A stretch of 64,000 nt of DNA from a virus: positions 1-64,000 of IMG/VR virus record IMGVR_UViG_3300042292_000345; one strand, written 5' to 3'. The notes beneath the pieces were generated by a model, which was not told where the DNA came from, ran no database searches, and saw only the letters and a program-made list of their open reading frames with translations. Shown here piece by piece: positions 63,330 through 64,000 of this stretch; the first letter of the stretch is position 1, and each line of letters begins with the position of its first letter. Made by a program: the position numbers and the translations under genes.

Positions 63330-63929
63330 ATGACTACATCTACAGAAACTTTAGTATTAGCTTTAACAATCAATGGCGCATCTGCTGGTACTTACACTTC
63401 TTATGCTGATTTGAAAAATGCTTTAAGTTCATTAGAAACAAGCCACACATATATGCCTAAAGTTCTTGAAATCGTTGGGGACAACAATGAGGAGCTAGCA
63501 ACTTGGATCTGTGCACATCGCACAGAAATTGCAGGTATTCGTAAAACTGACAAAGCTGCTATTCAGAAACAAGCTATTGAATTATTGAAAGCAGCTGGTA
63601 TTGATGCTAAGAACGTTCAGTTACCTGAACCAACAGCGGCTCAGATTGATGCGCAAGTTGTTGAAAGATTACAAGCATTATCTGTTGGCAACCCTGACTT
63701 GTATAATGTTCTTACATCAAATTTAGATGCTTTGATTAATATCTTTAAACGTCAAATCAGTGATGCGGCATTAGCAGGTATGGCTAAATTCAAAGCTGAT
63801 GTTGAAGAAGCTAGTAAAATCAGTGAAGCACACGGTAAAGTTTGCCGTAAAATGTACAAAGATTATGTTAGCATCCGCGACAATAGTGATGATGCGGCAT
63901 TATCTGCATTCGTAGAACGTAACATTTAG
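63330..63929 (+). CDS. Hypothetical protein, likely highly expressed
   Basis: GGAG RBS, CGT/GCT/ATC codon usage similar to the capsid gene, and its own terminator. Confidence 0.8.
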   Translation: MTTSTETLVLALTINGASAGTYTSYADLKNALSSLETSHTYMPKVLEIVGDNNEELATWICAHRTEIAGIRKTDKAAIQKQAIELLKAAGIDAKNVQLPEPTAAQIDAQVVERLQALSVGNPDLYNVLTSNLDALINIFKRQISDAALAGMAKFKADVEEASKISEAHGKVCRKMYKDYVSIRDNSDDAALSAFVERNI

Positions 63930-63936
63930 TAATCTT

Positions 63937-63968
63937 AAACCCCTACTAGAATCTAGTAGGGGTTTTTT
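63937..63968 (+). terminator. Intrinsic terminator
   Basis: AAACCCCTACTAG-AAT-CTAGTAGGGGTTT-TTT. Confidence 0.88.
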
Positions 63969-64000
63969 AGTTGAGGAAAGTTATGGAAGTATCATTAAGC

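Noticed and set aside
63059-63409. 116-aa ORF spanning the second GC island
   Set aside because: It overlaps two better genes in other frames, has a TTG start with no RBS and atypical composition, and is probably open only because the island is GC-rich.
1-64000. Stop-codon reassignment, tRNA genes, integrase/repressor, IS elements
   Set aside because: The standard code gives dense full-length genes ending in TAA, TAG and TGA. No cloverleaf, recombinase or transposase motifs were recognised by eye.

Overview
An AT-rich, roughly 64 kb piece of a tailed dsDNA phage genome, apparently lytic and with a siphovirus-type (long non-contractile) tail module. Every credible gene is on the + strand. Positions 1-44.3 kb hold lysis and virion genes: endolysin, portal, head, neck, two tandem tail-tube paralogues, a frameshifted tail chaperone, a ~3950-aa tape measure with a lytic transglycosylase domain, tail tip, S74-chaperoned fibre, glycine-rich adhesin and a holin-like gene. 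Positions 44.5-64 kb hold small early-type genes and a T7-like replication and nucleotide module: RNA polymerase, SSB, DUF3310, family A DNA polymerase, exonuclease, primase-helicase, nrdB/nrdA and DNA ligase. The standout feature is a two-polymerase transcription system. A 1574-aa protein at the minor-head-protein position fuses an SPP1 gp7/MuF domain to a T7-type single-subunit RNA polymerase with all catalytic motifs, making it a candidate virion-packaged, co-ejected RNAP. A second, compact 688-aa T7-type RNAP sits in the early region. Three copies of a bipartite motif, CGCAAA-N5-GTATCTTATATGAA, are candidate phage promoters, and several hairpin terminators carry very long T-tracts. No terminase, integrase, tRNA or CRISPR array is visible. 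All family assignments come from motifs recognised by eye, not from database searches.
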